Part shown: piece after piece, positions 44,629-60,269 of the stretch
Layout: every line of letters starts with the position of its first letter
How positions within the stretch are numbered: position 1 is the first letter of the stretch
Source: the human T2T-CHM13v2.0 reference genome, Homo sapiens
Length of the DNA stretch: 64,000 bases
Assembly (NCBI RefSeq): GCF_009914755.1
Contig: NC_060933.1
Direction: 5' to 3' (one strand)
The notes under the pieces: model-generated
The model's database searches: none
Told to the model about the DNA's origin: nothing
What the model saw: the letters and a program-made list of their open reading frames with translations, nothing else
Position numbers and translations under genes: made by a program

Positions 44629-46224
44629 ACAACATTCTAAATTTCTATAGGGCCAGCCAGCCCTGATAAAAGCTCAACAAATTAGTTTTAGCCTGCAGTC
44701 GGAAAATAAGCAAAGGATCTTAGATGAGCTAAAGGCTAAAACCAGAAAATACCTGAATAACATTGACAGCTTTGCCCAACCCTGTTTACGAGCTGCTGGC
44801 CTGCTGTTTGCATCCTTGCCAGCTGCAGACTTGCGTGGCTGAGAAATGCAGTCAAAGTTGGTGAAATGACTTGCAGATTTTACACCTAACAATGAAAAAA
44901 TTTATTTACATAAAATAGGATCTGCTGAGGGGACTCTCGTGAATTAGTTTCGGGGTAGCTTGTGGTTTCTCCACAGGTTGCCAGTTACCCTGGTGGTTCA
45001 GCGAGGCTTTTTTGTAGGCAGAATAATTCATTCCAAAAAACGAGATGATGAGATAAGAGTATGCTCTGAGATATTTCACTGTTTGGAAGACTTGCATTCC
45101 AATGTGGATAGTAAGCTAATTTGCTTATCTTAATCCCATCTTTGGATTGACTAGCATTTCAAAATGATAACGTGTTCTGGAATCTCAGACCTCCCTTTGG
45201 AAGTGTTCAGGCAAAGCAGCTTGGTTAGATTCCTTTAATGTCACTGCCACTTTGCTAAAAACCAATAAAATCCTGCTATAATAAATATGATACTATAGAA
45301 ATCTCCATGTCACAGTAGTCTCACATCACAGCATTGACCCATTTATTTTTCCCAATTGTATATGAGAAAAAAATTGTTTCACCAACAAAATAATTACATA
45401 GATTGTAATTCAGAAGTTACTTCCAGATTTCCTAATTTGGTATGGGCAAGTTTATTTTACTAAAATGGTTTGCAATAGACACGGTTTCATTTAAGCTAAG
45501 TTGACTTTCTGGTTACTTGTATTCTTGGATGATTCCTCTGGGGGACTGAGGTGCCCCTGGCAATGCCAGTGAAGAAGGCAACACAGACTGAACTTTTTCC
45601 CCCTGTCCTGGCCACTTCTGATTGCTGAACTGAGTGCTCTTGACCAATCTGTGAAGCCAGATGTCCTGGATGCTTGTGAGTTTTAGCCCCTTTTCTATAC
45701 TTGGGAGATGCCCTGCCTGATCCTGGCTCCCATCTTGGAGGCTGAAGCCTCCATATCTTTGCCTCCCCAGCCTCGCTTGACACCAGGTAAAGGCTTGGCT
45801 TACCAGGTTCTGCCCAGCAGTGACAGCAGAGAACCTTTAGTGGCAGGGAACTCAAGGGGCAGTATGGGGGGGTGTCTGACACCCACGGGAAAGGTGGGCA
45901 CGGGGCAAGAAATGCAGCCTGTGTACAGCACCCATAACACCCGGGTCCTCCTGGAGCAGTTCTGCGGGGCAATCCCAACTATGGTCCCGCCCATGTGGGT
46001 GCCCTGCGGGGCTCTCTAGCCTCCATGAACCACCCTATAACCTGTCAGTGAATTTTCTCCTCGCTTAAAGCAGCAGGAGTAAGTTTCAGCTGCTGACATT
46101 AAGAGCCCCTGCTGATTCCTTTATTTCATGTTCTAGTCTTCTCTTTTATCTCCAGTCCTTTTCTTGACACCACTGTTCCATGTCCCCCTCCACCAGAACA
46201 AAACATTTAACTTCCACTCCAGTC

Positions 46225-46915
<691 letters not shown>

Positions 46916-47199
46916 TCACTCCCAATACCCAGGCAAACGCTAAGTCATGTTACATTCACTTGTTCAGCTAACAACTATTTATGAAGCTCACCCTCTGTAC
47001 CGGACAGCATGTAACACTGGGGAAGTAACAGTGAGTTCCCTGTGGTCCTAGGTCCCAGGATATCATTGTCTAGTGTCCACATACCAGGTACTAAAATGCA
47101 CACGGTATCCTGCACCACAGAAGAGGAGAGTCATTTATTGACCCTGTCCTCTTGTTCTCATTCTCGTTCCTGACAGACTTGCAAAGCCCTCCTGCCTTA

Positions 47200-47385
47200 G
47201 AATTCCTCAGAGTGGGACAAGACCAGCTGCCACCGCCACAGGACTGGGGAGTTTGCCAGAAAAGCACATTTTCAGGCCCCAGCCCACACCTACTGGATTT
47301 GAATCTCTGGGGCGGGAGCCTGGGAATCCATGTGAAGCAGCTCTCTAAGGGATTCTCACCCACCCTACAGCTGAGAAGCACTGCT
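47200..47385. mobile_element. MER5A-like MITE
   Basis: caggccccagcccacacctactggatttgaatctctggggcgggagcctgggaatc...tgagaagcactg. Confidence 0.7.
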
Positions 47386-48019
47386 GTAATGGGCCTTCCA
47401 AACTCCAGTTTTCTTTTTTAAGCCATTATTTCCCTAACACATGGTTCTGATAATGCCGCTGCATTGAGAAGAAATCACCAATGTGCCACTGTACATTGAG
47501 TAACTTCCGTCCTTTCTGTGCTTCTTTCTTGTTGCGAGGAGCAGAGACCCATTCAGGTTGCTGACACGCGGGAGTTTATTGTAGGTGTAACTAAAGCACC
47601 TTCTCCTGACCACCCAGGCAAGGTGTCCTGACATTCCTGTTTAGCCCCAGGGTGTGTCTAGCTTTCTCCATGGGGTTACATGTTTCTAGGAGAGTTACTG
47701 GAGAGGTATTTTCAGTACCAGGAAAACATGGAAAATTGGGAAAAATAACAAACAGCTTCACCAACCAGGTCCCATGGACACCCTGAGGAACCAGAGGTTC
47801 AGGCGCTAATGAGATTTTCCTGCTGCCTCCTCATCAGCAGGCAGCTCTGCTCTCTACTTTCCTGCTCTACCTCTAAAAACAACAACATATCATTCGTTTT
47901 ATTTTGCATCAAAGGCAATTTTCCAGGCTGTTGAGGATTTTAGGGAGCATTAGGGGCTGCATCTATTATTAATACCTTTTAAACATTTCTCCCCAGATTT
48001 ATAAGATTTGCACTTATGA

Positions 48020-49620
48020 TATTTTTCAGAGCAGTTCTTTATTTCAGAAGAATCGAGCAGATAGAGTTCCCAGCCCAGCCCCACCATCTTGCTTCCCTGT
48101 TATAAACACCTTACATTGTATGGTACATTTGTTACAATTAATAAGCCAATATTGATATATTATTAGCAACCAAAGTCCATCGTTTATTCTGATTCTCTTA
48201 GTTTTTTTTTTAAACCTAGTATCTCTTTTCTGTTCCAGGACCCCATCCAGGATACCACAGGACATTTAGTTGTTCTGTCTCTTTGGGTTCCTATTGATTG
48301 TGACGGACCAAGCCTGTCCAATCCTCTGCCCATGGGCCACATGTGGCCCAAGACAGCTTGGAATGTGGCCCAACACAAATTCGTAAACTCTCTTAAAACA
48401 TTATGAGATTGATGCACGGACCTTTTTTATTTTTTAGCTCACCAGCTATCCTGAGTGTTAGCATATTTTATGTGTGGCCCAAGACAATTCATCTTCTTCC
48501 AGTGTGGCCCAGGGAAGCCAAAAGATTGGACACCCCGTGACAGACTTTCCTTTTTTCTGATGACCTTGACAGTTTTGAGGAGTGCTAGGGAGGTGTATTG
48601 TAGGATGCTCCTCTCCTGGAATTTGTTTGATGATTTTTACATGACTGGACACGGGTTATAGATTTTGGGGAGGAAGGTCACAGAATGAAAGTGCCATATC
48701 AAGGGGACACTCTAGCAACATGAATTATGTTTTTTTTTTCTTTTTTTGAGATGGAGTCTCCACTCTGTCACCCAGGTTGGAGTGCAGTGGCACGAACTTG
48801 GCTCATTGAAATCTCTGCCTCCCAGGTTCAAGCGAGTCTTGAACCTGCCTCAGTCTCCCAAGTAGCTTTAATTATAGGTGTGTGCCACCACTCGGGGCTA
48901 ATTTTTTAATTTTTAGTAGAGACGGGGTTTCACTATGTTGGCCAGGCTAGTCTCGAACTCCTGGCCTCAAGTGGGCTGCTTGCCTCGGCCTCCCAAAGTG
49001 CTGGGATGACAGGCATGAGCCACTGTGCCTGGCCCATTTATGACTGTTGATGAGGACCTCGATCACCTGAATGGTGCAGGTGATTGGAATGTTACTCTTT
49101 TTTTCCTTTTTTCCATCCTGTACTCTTGAGCAGAAAGTGACTATGTGTAGCCCACACTTAGGAGTGGGGAGCTATGCTTTATCTCTCTCAGTGTGCAGCA
49201 TCTACATACATTATTTGGAATTCTTCTGCCTGGAAGGTTTGTTTCTTCTCCATTTATTAATTTATTCAACAATTTATTTATGTCAGTATGGGATCATGAA
49301 CAGCTGTAGTATGCTTTGGGTTATAATTAAATATCACTTTATTTATTCCTTGCTGTCATTGTTCCAGCATTGGCCATTAGAAGCCTTGCAGTTGTCTCTG
49401 CGCCCCTCTGACATAGCTCCACCAATGGTGGGGGTGTGTGGGGGTGGGGGGGACACTTGAGTGCTTCCTTACTTCCTGTCACTACGAGAAGCTCCAGGCT
49501 CATCTTGCATGTTTCCTGCCCCAGCCTTAGAATCAGCCATCTTTCCAAGGAGCCCTGATTCCTTTGATTGGAAACCAAGATCTGGACTCTACGTGTGCTC
49601 AGTGCTACTGAGTGGCAGAA
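48020..49620 (-). mobile_element. Antisense L1MD-like 3' region with MER30 and an Alu (48729-49034) inserted
   Basis: tggtacatttgttacaat..., tttctgttccaggaccccatccaggataccac, agaatcagccatctttccaaggagccctg. Confidence 0.8.
48308..48536. mobile_element. MER30 hAT-Charlie MITE
   Basis: tggcccaacacaaattcgtaaac..cttaaaacattatgaga ... cagggaagccaaaagattggacacccc; 8-bp TSD gtgac(g/a)ga. Confidence 0.88.
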
Positions 49621-50493
49621 CCACTCGTTGAACCTAAATGGGTCTGACTCCAAGTCTTGAGACGTTTCCATCCTGAAAGCGTTCTACCTCAGGTCCTCAA
49701 GTAATCTCACCACACACGGTGGTCTAGGTCATGTCTGCACCCTGTTGTTGGAGATTTTGAACCAGAGGAAGGGGTCACTCCGGCAGAGGTGGGGAGGTCA
49801 CAGGATGACCTGGGCTTCCCCCTATGCTGTCCTCTCCTGGTTCTTTCCCTAGTGCACAGGAGATAAAGACACACAGCATTTGAGCTATAGTCAGGTCTGT
49901 GGCTGGTGAGCCCCAGACTTTACAGTGCAGTGGAAAGGGGGTGTTTGTCCTGTTGGAAGAGCAGATTCTAGGGCCCACCCCCAAAGGTTTGGATTCAGTG
50001 GGCTGGGTGGGACCAAGGTGGTCTGCAGGATAATTCAGATTGAGGTCTCTGCACATCACATCCTGAGAAACGCTGACTTAGGCCCTCCGGTTTTCAGTCT
50101 TGGCTCCTCCTGGGCCTCTGCATACATTTGTGGCAGACCTAGAGATGATATCGTCAGGTGAGTGTATGTATGCAGGAGCAGGCATTGGAGATGAGCCAGA
50201 GGGCAGGAGGTGGGCCTTGGCCGTGACCATGAAGAGGGAGAAGGGAGAAGGTTAGAGGTATCCAGAACCCAGGAACTGGGGTTACGCAGCTCTCAGATTA
50301 TACTCCATGCTCATCCGAACTGCGACTTCAGATACAGCAGCATCAGATGGGAGACGTGCTGGGAGCGCGTAATGCTCGCTGCTTCCCGTGCATGTGCCTC
50401 ACTCACTTCTGTGAACTTCCTCAAAGTCAGTTTTATCATCTACATTTTATGGAATTGAAAACTGAGGAGACCTAACACCGTTTTTAAAAATTA

Positions 50494-50825
<332 letters not shown>

Positions 50826-51269
50826 CTAAGGTCACTAGCTAGGACTGAGAGTCTGTTTAACTTTAAAGCTCCAAGACCTTTCTTTCCTTTATTATTTTAA
50901 TTACACAATTAATACATCAATACAGTTTCTAAAAAAAAAAATCCAACAGTCCAAGCACAGCAGTCTCCCCCTAACCTCAAAAGCCTCCTCAGAAGTAACC
51001 TGATATCAGTGGGCTGTGCAGATTCTTGTAGTCTTCTTTGCCTTTATATATGGAAATAACTTTTACGTTTGTTTTCACATAAGTGGAATTATGCTGACTG
51101 TATTATATGACTTGCTTTCTTCACATGATAGTAACTCCTGAGTGTTTCTCTATCAGCCACACAAATCTCCTTTATATTGGTAACATTCATCTTTAACCCA
51201 GAGACAAGATGAATGTTCAAAAACTGTAATCCAAACTCAGTTCTAAAAATGGGTGTGTGTTTAAACAAG

Positions 51270-51456
51270 AGCTGCTCAGCTGAGGCGGTTTTGCTGCTGA
51301 GGGGATTTGAGCAATGTCTGGGGACATGTGTGGTTGTCACAACTTGTGAGGGGGCTCCTGGCATTGAGGGGGTAGAAGGCGGGAAGGCACAGGTCAGGCC
51401 CCTGCAACAAGGAATTGTCAGGCCCAAAATGTCAATGGTGGCAGCACTGAGAAAAT
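51270..51456. mobile_element. MER20-like MITE
   Basis: gcaatgtctggggaca...ggttgtcacaac...ggcccaaaatgtcaat. Confidence 0.75.
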
Positions 51457-53099
51457 GTGATTGGTTTAAACCTACTTATCTTAATTGTGTTTCAACCGTC
51501 TTATTAAGGGGCTTGGTCAATATGTGTTTTATCAACACCAACCTTTACATAAATGAGTGCATACTTGGGAGCAGAGGTGGGAACATTGCCCTTGAGCTCA
51601 GGAGCTCCAGAGCAGCCTGAGCAACATACTGAGAGCCCATCTCCTAAAAAAACAAAAACATTAAAAGAGTGCTGAATAATAAGTCCATTTTAAACATATG
51701 GTAAGATTTCAGATTTTCTGAGGAAAAAATTAATTAGACTTGGCTTCTTCTCTTATTTGAAATTAGCAATACTTTTATACATCTCAAAGTGTGGTTTATG
51801 AAAGAGGCAAAATTGTCAATGACTACTTGTTGAATTTTGCTTCCTAACCATGTAATGGGGACAAGTGTTTCCGAAAACATGTTTTATATGGTTAGTTTTC
51901 CTGCAGATGGGAATTGTTCGCTGAATTATACTTTGTCCACTTAGGCTTAGGTAGATATGGATTCTGTGAAACTGGAAATCATTGAATGGTTTAAATACTG
52001 GATTAAAAGAAAAGGAACTATGGTAATTGCAGATCTGTTAGATGGAATCTGTCGTGCCCTAATAAGAGTGATAAGGAAGACCATTAACTGTTGGAAGCAA
52101 GTTGTTGGGTTCGAGGTTGGGAATTGGGCATGATTTGTTTCCTGTGTCACTACTTAGGTTAATTTACTCAGACTGCCATTTTTGTGTTGGAAGGAAATAA
52201 GGTCTAGGCCCTAAGCTTAGACTGTCTTCATGCCTAAAGAAGTCCAACCATTCATTATTACTTCGCTAAAGGATGCATGATCACAAATATTTGTAATGAA
52301 GATAGTGACTCCTTTTTTCTCAAAATAATTTTAAATTAACTTAAACATGCCTGATTTTCAGAAAGAAAGTATTAAAAGTAAAACCATACCTTTAATTTAG
52401 GACTGACTTCTGCATTTCAACTGTAGATTATTCTAGTATGAAGAGTGCTATTTGCATGTTGGAATGAATATCTTTTAATTCTTAATTTGTAAGTTACAAA
52501 GAAATAGGAGACTGAAATACTTTTTATCTTACAAAATTCCAAACACCTTTTCAAGCAATTTATATCTTATTTCTGTAATAGTTTTATCACCAGCCAATGG
52601 GTATGCACTGTATGTCATAATATGGAAAGAAATTCTTTATTATTTCAGATATTAAGGATTTCAGATTTTAAAAGAGTTATCAGTGAAACCATGTTACAAG
52701 AATATTTCCTTCCTGAGACATCTCAGTATTATAGGTGGCTTCAGACTCACAGGCACAGAATACGATAGTGGGAAGCATCTGATTCGCTTTACTCTACTTG
52801 GTACCTTTAGGACGTTCAGCCAGAGGTGATTGGAGGGATTTGCACGTCTACCACTCGTGTGTGTATCTGTGAACCATATCTCCTTTAGTGCCTGCTTTTG
52901 AACGTTATATAAACAGAATGATGCTGCCTGTTTATTTCTATAATTTTCTTCTTTTCCTTAGCATGTGCTGTTCTTGGCAGCTTGCTTCTCCATGTGAATT
53001 TTGGAAAAGCTTCTGAAGTTCCCTTTAGTAAACACCAAGAGAACTATTGCTGGGTCGTATCGTAGTTGCATGTTCAGTTCTCTAAGGCACTACCAATCT

Positions 53100-53411
53100 G
53101 TTTTCTTTTCTTTTTTGTTTTTTTTTGAGACAGGGTCTCACTCTGTCACCTAGGCTGAAGTGCAGTGGTGTGATCATGGCTCACTGCAGCTTTGACCTTC
53201 CTGGGATCAGGTGATCCTCTCAGCTCAGCCTCCCGAGTAGCTAGGACTATAGGCATGCACCACCACGCCCATCTAATTTATTGTATTTTTAGTAGAGACC
53301 ATGGATTTCGCCATGCTTCCCAGGCTAGTCTTGAACTCCTGGGGTCAAGTGATCCTCCCTCCTCGGCCTCCAAGTGCTGGGATTACAGGTATGAGCCACT
53401 GCATCCAGCCC
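53100..53411 (-). mobile_element. AluJ
   Basis: Diverged full dimer. Confidence 0.85.
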
Positions 53412-53429
53412 AACCTGTTTTCTAGAGTG

Positions 53430-54330
53430 ACTGTTTTATAGTTTTAAAGTCCCTCATCCATTTTGAGCTATGTTTTTGGTGTAATTTATGTGGTTTAGGT
53501 CAATGTCCAGTTGCTCCAGCACCATTTGTTGTAATTGTGTAAAAAATCAGATGAGCATTTTTTTGTTGCTCTATTTCTGGGTTCTCTATTCTGCTCCAAT
53601 CATCTTTGCATCCATGCCTCTGCCAATATAATATGGTCTAATGACTACAGCTATTATTGTAAGCCTTAAGGAAAAAATAAAACAGTCCCTATTTTCAGAT
53701 GGCAAGATGGTTTACACAGAAAACCCCAAGGTATCTCCAAAAAAGAGCTCCTAGAACTGGTAAGTGAGTTCAGCAAGGTTGCTGGATTCAAGAGTAATAC
53801 ACAAATGTCAATCACATTTTGCATATTAACGATGAACATATGGAAAGCAAAATTTAAAACACAATGTCATTTATAATTAATTGCTCCAAATAAAATGAAA
53901 TGCCTAGAATATACACTTAATAAAACATGAATAGAATTTGTATGTTGAAAATTACAAAATGCTGATGAAAGAAATCAAAGAAGAACTAAATAAATGGAGA
54001 GACATACTGTACTTATGAATTGGAAGATTCAGTATAGTAAAGATGTCATTTCTCCCCAACTTGATAATAGTTGTAATGAAATTGAATTAATGAATCAAAT
54101 AGAGTGATTTCTCCCACTTTCTTCTTCTTCATCCAGATTGTTTTAGCTATTCTTGGGCCTGCGCTTTTTTCATATAAATTTTACAATAAACTTACCTTTG
54201 TCTATAAAAAAACCTTGTTGGGATTTTGATAGGAATTTCATTACATCTGTAGATCAATTTGGGAAGAAATGACATGCTTACTATACTGAATCTTCCAATT
54301 CATGAATTAGTATGTCTCTCCATTTATATA
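53430..54330. mobile_element. Old L1 ORF2 fragments in mixed orientation: (-) 53430-53670, (+) 53670-54065, (-) 54095-54330
   Basis: The (+) piece carries the RT FADD-region remnant (ctattttcagatggcaagatggtttacacagaaaacccc); the flanks are antisense ORF2. Confidence 0.8.
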
Positions 54331-54485
54331 GGTCATTTCTTATAGGTTGATTATAGGTATATAGGTTGATTTCTTTTGTCAGCATTTTTTTATTTTGTTG
54401 TGTTATGTCCATGGGTTTTAGTTGTAAAGGAGAGGACCTGGGGGAAAAGGAGCTACTTCATCTTGGTGGAATTGGAAGTCCTATT

Positions 54486-54850
54486 ACAGTTGTCTCCTCT
54501 TATCCATGCTTTTGCTTGGAAAGTTAGTTTCAGTTACTTGTGGTCAACAGTGGTCTGAAAATATTAAATGGAAAATTCCATAAATAAAGAATTCATAAGT
54601 TTTAAATTTTGCACTGTTCTGAGTAGCATGATGAAATCTTGCCCCTTTCTGCTCCATCCCACCCAGGACGTGAATCATTTCTTTATCCAGCATATCTACT
54701 CAGCATATGCTGCCTGACCACTAGTTACTTGGTAGTCCTCTTGGTTATCAGACCAAAAAACTAGTATATATAGCGTTTGGTACTATGTGTGGTTTCAGGC
54801 ATCCTCTGGGGGTCTTGGAATGTATCTCTTGCAGGTAAGGAGGACTCTCT
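54486..54850. mobile_element. MER44A-like Tigger MITE
   Basis: gtttcagttac..tggtcaac..ggtctgaaaatattaaatggaaaattcca...ggtttcaggcatcc.ctgggggtcttggaa. Confidence 0.8.
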
Positions 54851-55129
54851 ATTGGCTTTTGAACTCTTCAAGGTCAGAGATTTTGTCTGCTTTTTTTCTG
54901 CAACATGAAGTCTAGCATGCTGTCTGTCACAGTAGATGGTTTAATACATGTCGGATTAATAAACAAGTAATTGATATTTGTTGAGAAAATAATTTTGTGT
55001 TGGATGCAGAGAATATGTATGAGGTATTTTTTCTACCCTTAGAGAACAAACTATATGACTGTGAAAACTTAATGTGAAACTTACACGTTTAGTTTTGTGT
55101 AATGTGGTTTTGTTTAGTGGGTATTAGAA

Positions 55130-55360
55130 TGAAATTTGAAATCCAGTGGTCCTGGATATGAATCTGGCCTCCATTAATTTACTAGCTATATGACCTTGGG
55201 AAAGTTCCTTAACTTCTCTGACACTAGGATTTTCTCATTTAAAAAATTGGGTGCTGGCTGTAGTCACCTGTCAGGGTTTTTATAAGGTTAAATGGTATAA
55301 TACATGAAAAGTACTTGACTCTGTGCTTGACATGTAGGAAGCCCTCAAAACTGGTAGTGA
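55130..55360. mobile_element. MIR
   Basis: MIR core: tactagctatatgaccttgggaaagttccttaacttctctg...ttttctcatttaaaaaa. Confidence 0.8.
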
Positions 55361-55490
55361 CTAAAGAAAATGATAAGCAGCATTACAGCACAGGTAAGTG
55401 ATAACTGGGTTACACAAAGTATAACAGGAACGCCTATGGAAACCTAAAGTTGTAGGGAAAGACTTTATGGAGGAAGCAGGACTTGATCTA

Positions 55491-55940
<450 letters not shown>

Positions 55941-56119
55941 TTACTTGGATGATCCAAGAAATCTTGTACAGAAGTAATAGCAATAAGGTAGACTAGATGT
56001 CCTGAAAATCATTCCTCTACAAAATCCCTAAAAATGCTTATTTTTTAAAGACTTTATAGTTACATTTTCAAAAAGTAAGGGAAATCCTCAAATTCCAAAA
56101 AAGTACTTAAAAGCATGAA

Positions 56120-57081
56120 TTCAAGCATCAGAGTTAAACTACATAGCAGACCAAATAGGCCTAAGCGACATTTACAGACCATTTCACCCAAATGCTGCAG
56201 AATACACGTTATTTTCATCAGGACATGGAACATTCTCCAGAACAGATCATATCTTAGGCCATGTGACAAGTCTCAACAGATTTTTTAAAAATATAAATCA
56301 TATCAAGTGTCTTTTCTAACAAAAATGGAATAAAACTAGAAATCAGTAGCAAGAAGAACCTTGAAAACCACAAAACACATGGAAACTAAACAACATGCTC
56401 TTGAACAACCTATGGGTGAGAAAAGAAATAAAGAAGAAAATTAAAAAATTTATTGAACTACATCACAAAGGAAATACAACATACCAAATCTATTGAATAT
56501 AGCAAAAGCAGTACTAAGAGGGAAGTTTATAGCAATAAATATCTATATCAAAAAAGTAGAAAGACTTTAAATAAACAACCTAAAATGTGCCATAAGGAAC
56601 TAGAAAAAAAGAAAAAACCAAACCCTAAATTAGTAGAAGGAAATAAATAATAAAGATCAGAGCAGAAATATATGAAACTGAGACTTAAAAATACAGATCA
56701 ATAAAATGAAAAGTTGGTTTTTTGAAAAAATAAACAAAATCAACAAACCCTTAGCTAGATTAAGAAAAAAAGAGAGAAGACCCAAATAAAATTAGAAACA
56801 AAGAAGGAGACACAACTGAGACCACAGAAATAGAATCATTAGAGACTGTTATGAACAACTACATGCCAACAAATTTTTAAAAATTCTAGGGAACTTAGAA
56901 AAATGGATAAATTCCTGGACACATACAACTTACCAAAATTGAACAATGAAGAAATAGAAAACATCCACAAACCAATAATGAATCAGGAGATCAAAGCCGT
57001 AATAAAATGTCTCTCATCAAAGAAAAGCCCAGGACCTGATGACTTTAGTGCTGAATTCTAAACCAAACTCTAACCAAACTC

Positions 57082-57122
<41 letters not shown>

Positions 57123-58549
57123 GACAGGAGGGAATAACTGCAAACTCACTCTGTAAGGTCAACATTACCCTGATACCAAAACCAGACCAAAAAAGAAAAC
57201 TACAAGCCAATATCACTGATGAACATGGTTGGGAAATCCTCAACAAAATACTAGTAAACTGAATTCAACAACTCGTTAAAAAGATCACTGAGGCTGGGTG
57301 TGATGGCTCACGCCTGTAACCCCAGCACTTTGGGAGGCTGAGGCAGATGGATCATGAGGTCAGGAGATCAAGACCATCCTTGCCAACATGGTAAAACCCC
57401 ATCTCTACTTAAAAAATACAAAAATTAGCTGGGTGTGGTGGCAGTGGGCCTGTAGTCCCAGCTACTCAGGAGGCCGAGGCAGGAGAATCACTTCAATTGG
57501 GGAAGCATAGGTTGCAGTGAGCCTAGATCGCGCCACTGCACGATCTGCCTGGCAACAGAGACAGACTCCGTCTAAAAAAAAAAAAAATCAGTAGCATTTA
57601 TATACACCAATAGCAAAGAATATGACAGAGAAATCAAGAGAATAATCCCATTTATAATAGACACACACACACACATACACACACACAAGGAATAACTTTA
57701 ACCAAGGAGGTGAAATTTCTCTGTAAGGAAAATGACAAAAACTGATGAAAGAAATTGGAGAGGACACAAACAAATGGAAAGACATCCATGCTCATGGATC
57801 AGAAGAATTAATATTGACAATTCTACCCAAAGCAATGTACAGATTCAATGTAATTCCTATCAAAATGCCAATGACATTCTTCACAGAAATAGAAGAAACA
57901 GTCCTAAAATTTATAAAAAAACCACAAAAGATCCTGAATAGCCAAAGCAATCCTGGGCAAAAAGAACAAAGGAAGCATCACACTACCTGACTTCAAAACG
58001 TACTACAAAGCTATAATAACCAAAACAGCGTGGTATTGGCATAAAAAACAGACATATAGACCAGTGGAACTGAATAGAGAACCCAGAGATAAATCCATGC
58101 ATTTACAGCAAACTCATTTTCAACAAAGTTACCAAGAACATACAATGGGAAAGGACAGTCTCTTAAATGGCGCTGGGGAAATTGGATATTCATATGTAGA
58201 AGAATGAAACTAGATCCTTATTTCTCACCATATACAAAAATCAAAACAAAATGAATTAAAGATTTAAATCTCAGATCTGAAACTATGAAACTACTATAAG
58301 AAAACCTTAGGGAAATGTTCGAGGACTTTGATCTGGGCAAAGATTTTTTTGTGTAAGACCTCAGAAGCATAGGCAACCAAAGCAAAAATTGAAAAATGGG
58401 AGTATAGCAAGCTAAAAGTCTCCTGCACAGGAAATGAAACAATCAAGAAAGTGAAGAGACAACCCATAGAATGGCAGAAAATATTTGCAAACAATCCATC
58501 TGACAAGGGATTAATCACCAGAGTATATAAGCAGTTCAAACAACTCAAT

Positions 58550-58581
<32 letters not shown>

Positions 58582-59900
58582 CAACCTGATTTATTAAATG
58601 GGCAAAAGATCTGAATAGGCATTTCTTAAAATAAGACATACAAATAGACAGCAAGTATATGAAAAATGCTCATTATTACTAATCATCAGAAAATGCAAGT
58701 CAAACCCACAATGAGAGATCACCTTACCTCCGTTAAAATGGCTTTTATCAAAAGGGCAGGGAATAACAGATGCTGGTGAGGATGCAGAGAAAGGTGAACC
58801 TTTGTACCCTGTTGGTGGGAATATAAGATAGTACAGCCATTATGAAAAACAGTATGGAGGTTTTTCAAAAAACTAAAACTAGAACTACCATATGATCCAG
58901 CAATCCCACTGCTGAGTATCTACCCAAAGGAAAGGAAATCATGCATCAAAGGGATACCTGCACCCCGATGTTTACTGCAGCACTATTCACGAAACCCAAG
59001 ATGTGGAATCAACCTAAGTGTCCACCAACAGATACATGGATAAAGAAAATGTGGTATATATACAATATGGAATATTATTCTGCCATAGAAAAGAATAAAA
59101 TACTGTCATTTGCAGCAACATGGATGGAACTGGAGGTCATTATGTTAAATGAAATAAGTCAGGCACAGAATGGCAAATGCCACATGTTCTCACTCATATG
59201 TGGGTGCTAAGAAAGTGGGTCTTGGCCAGGCATGGCAGCTCACGCCTGTAATCCCAGCACTTTGGGAGGCCGAGGCAGGTGAATCACCTGAGGTCAGGAG
59301 TTTGAGACCAGCCTGGCCAACATGGTGAAACCCTGTCTCTACTAAAAATACAAAAATTAGCTGGGCACGGTGGCTCACGGCTATAATCCCAGCTACTTGG
59401 GAGGCTGAGGCAGGAGAATTGCTTGAGCCAGGAGGCAGAAGTTGCACTGAACCAAGATCACACCACTGCACTCCAGCCTGGGCCACAGAGTAAGACTCCG
59501 TCTCAAAAAAAAAAAAAAAAAAAAAAAAAAAGAAAGTGGATTTCATGGAGTGCCTATTCAATATACTCTCATAGAGTAGATTAGTGGTTACCAGAGGCCA
59601 GGAAGAGGCAGTGGTGGTGAATGAAGGTTAATTAATGGGTACAAACATGCAGTTTGATAGAAGAAATAAGACCTACTGTTTGCTAGATCAGGAGGGTGAC
59701 TATAGTTTACCATAATCTAGTGTATATTTCAAAGTAGCTAGAAGAGAATAACTCAAATGTTTCTAGCTCCAAGAAAAGACAAATATTTAAGGTGATGGAT
59801 ATCCTAATTACATGAATTTGCTCTTTACAAATTGTATGAATGTTTCAAATTGTCACATGTATCCCCAAAATATGTACATCTATTGTGTACTAAATAAAAT
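56120..59900 (+). mobile_element. 5'-truncated L1MA-like element (ORF2 remnant plus 3'UTR) with Alus at 57292-57587 and 59224-59531
   Basis: ORF2 peptides [15 protein letters not shown] and DTCTPMFTAALFT..KMWNQPKCP..WIKKMWYIYNMEYYSAI; many stops and frameshifts; 3' end tgtacatctatt..aataaaa. Confidence 0.9.
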
Positions 59901-59908
59901 TTTTTTAA

Positions 59909-60269
<361 letters not shown>

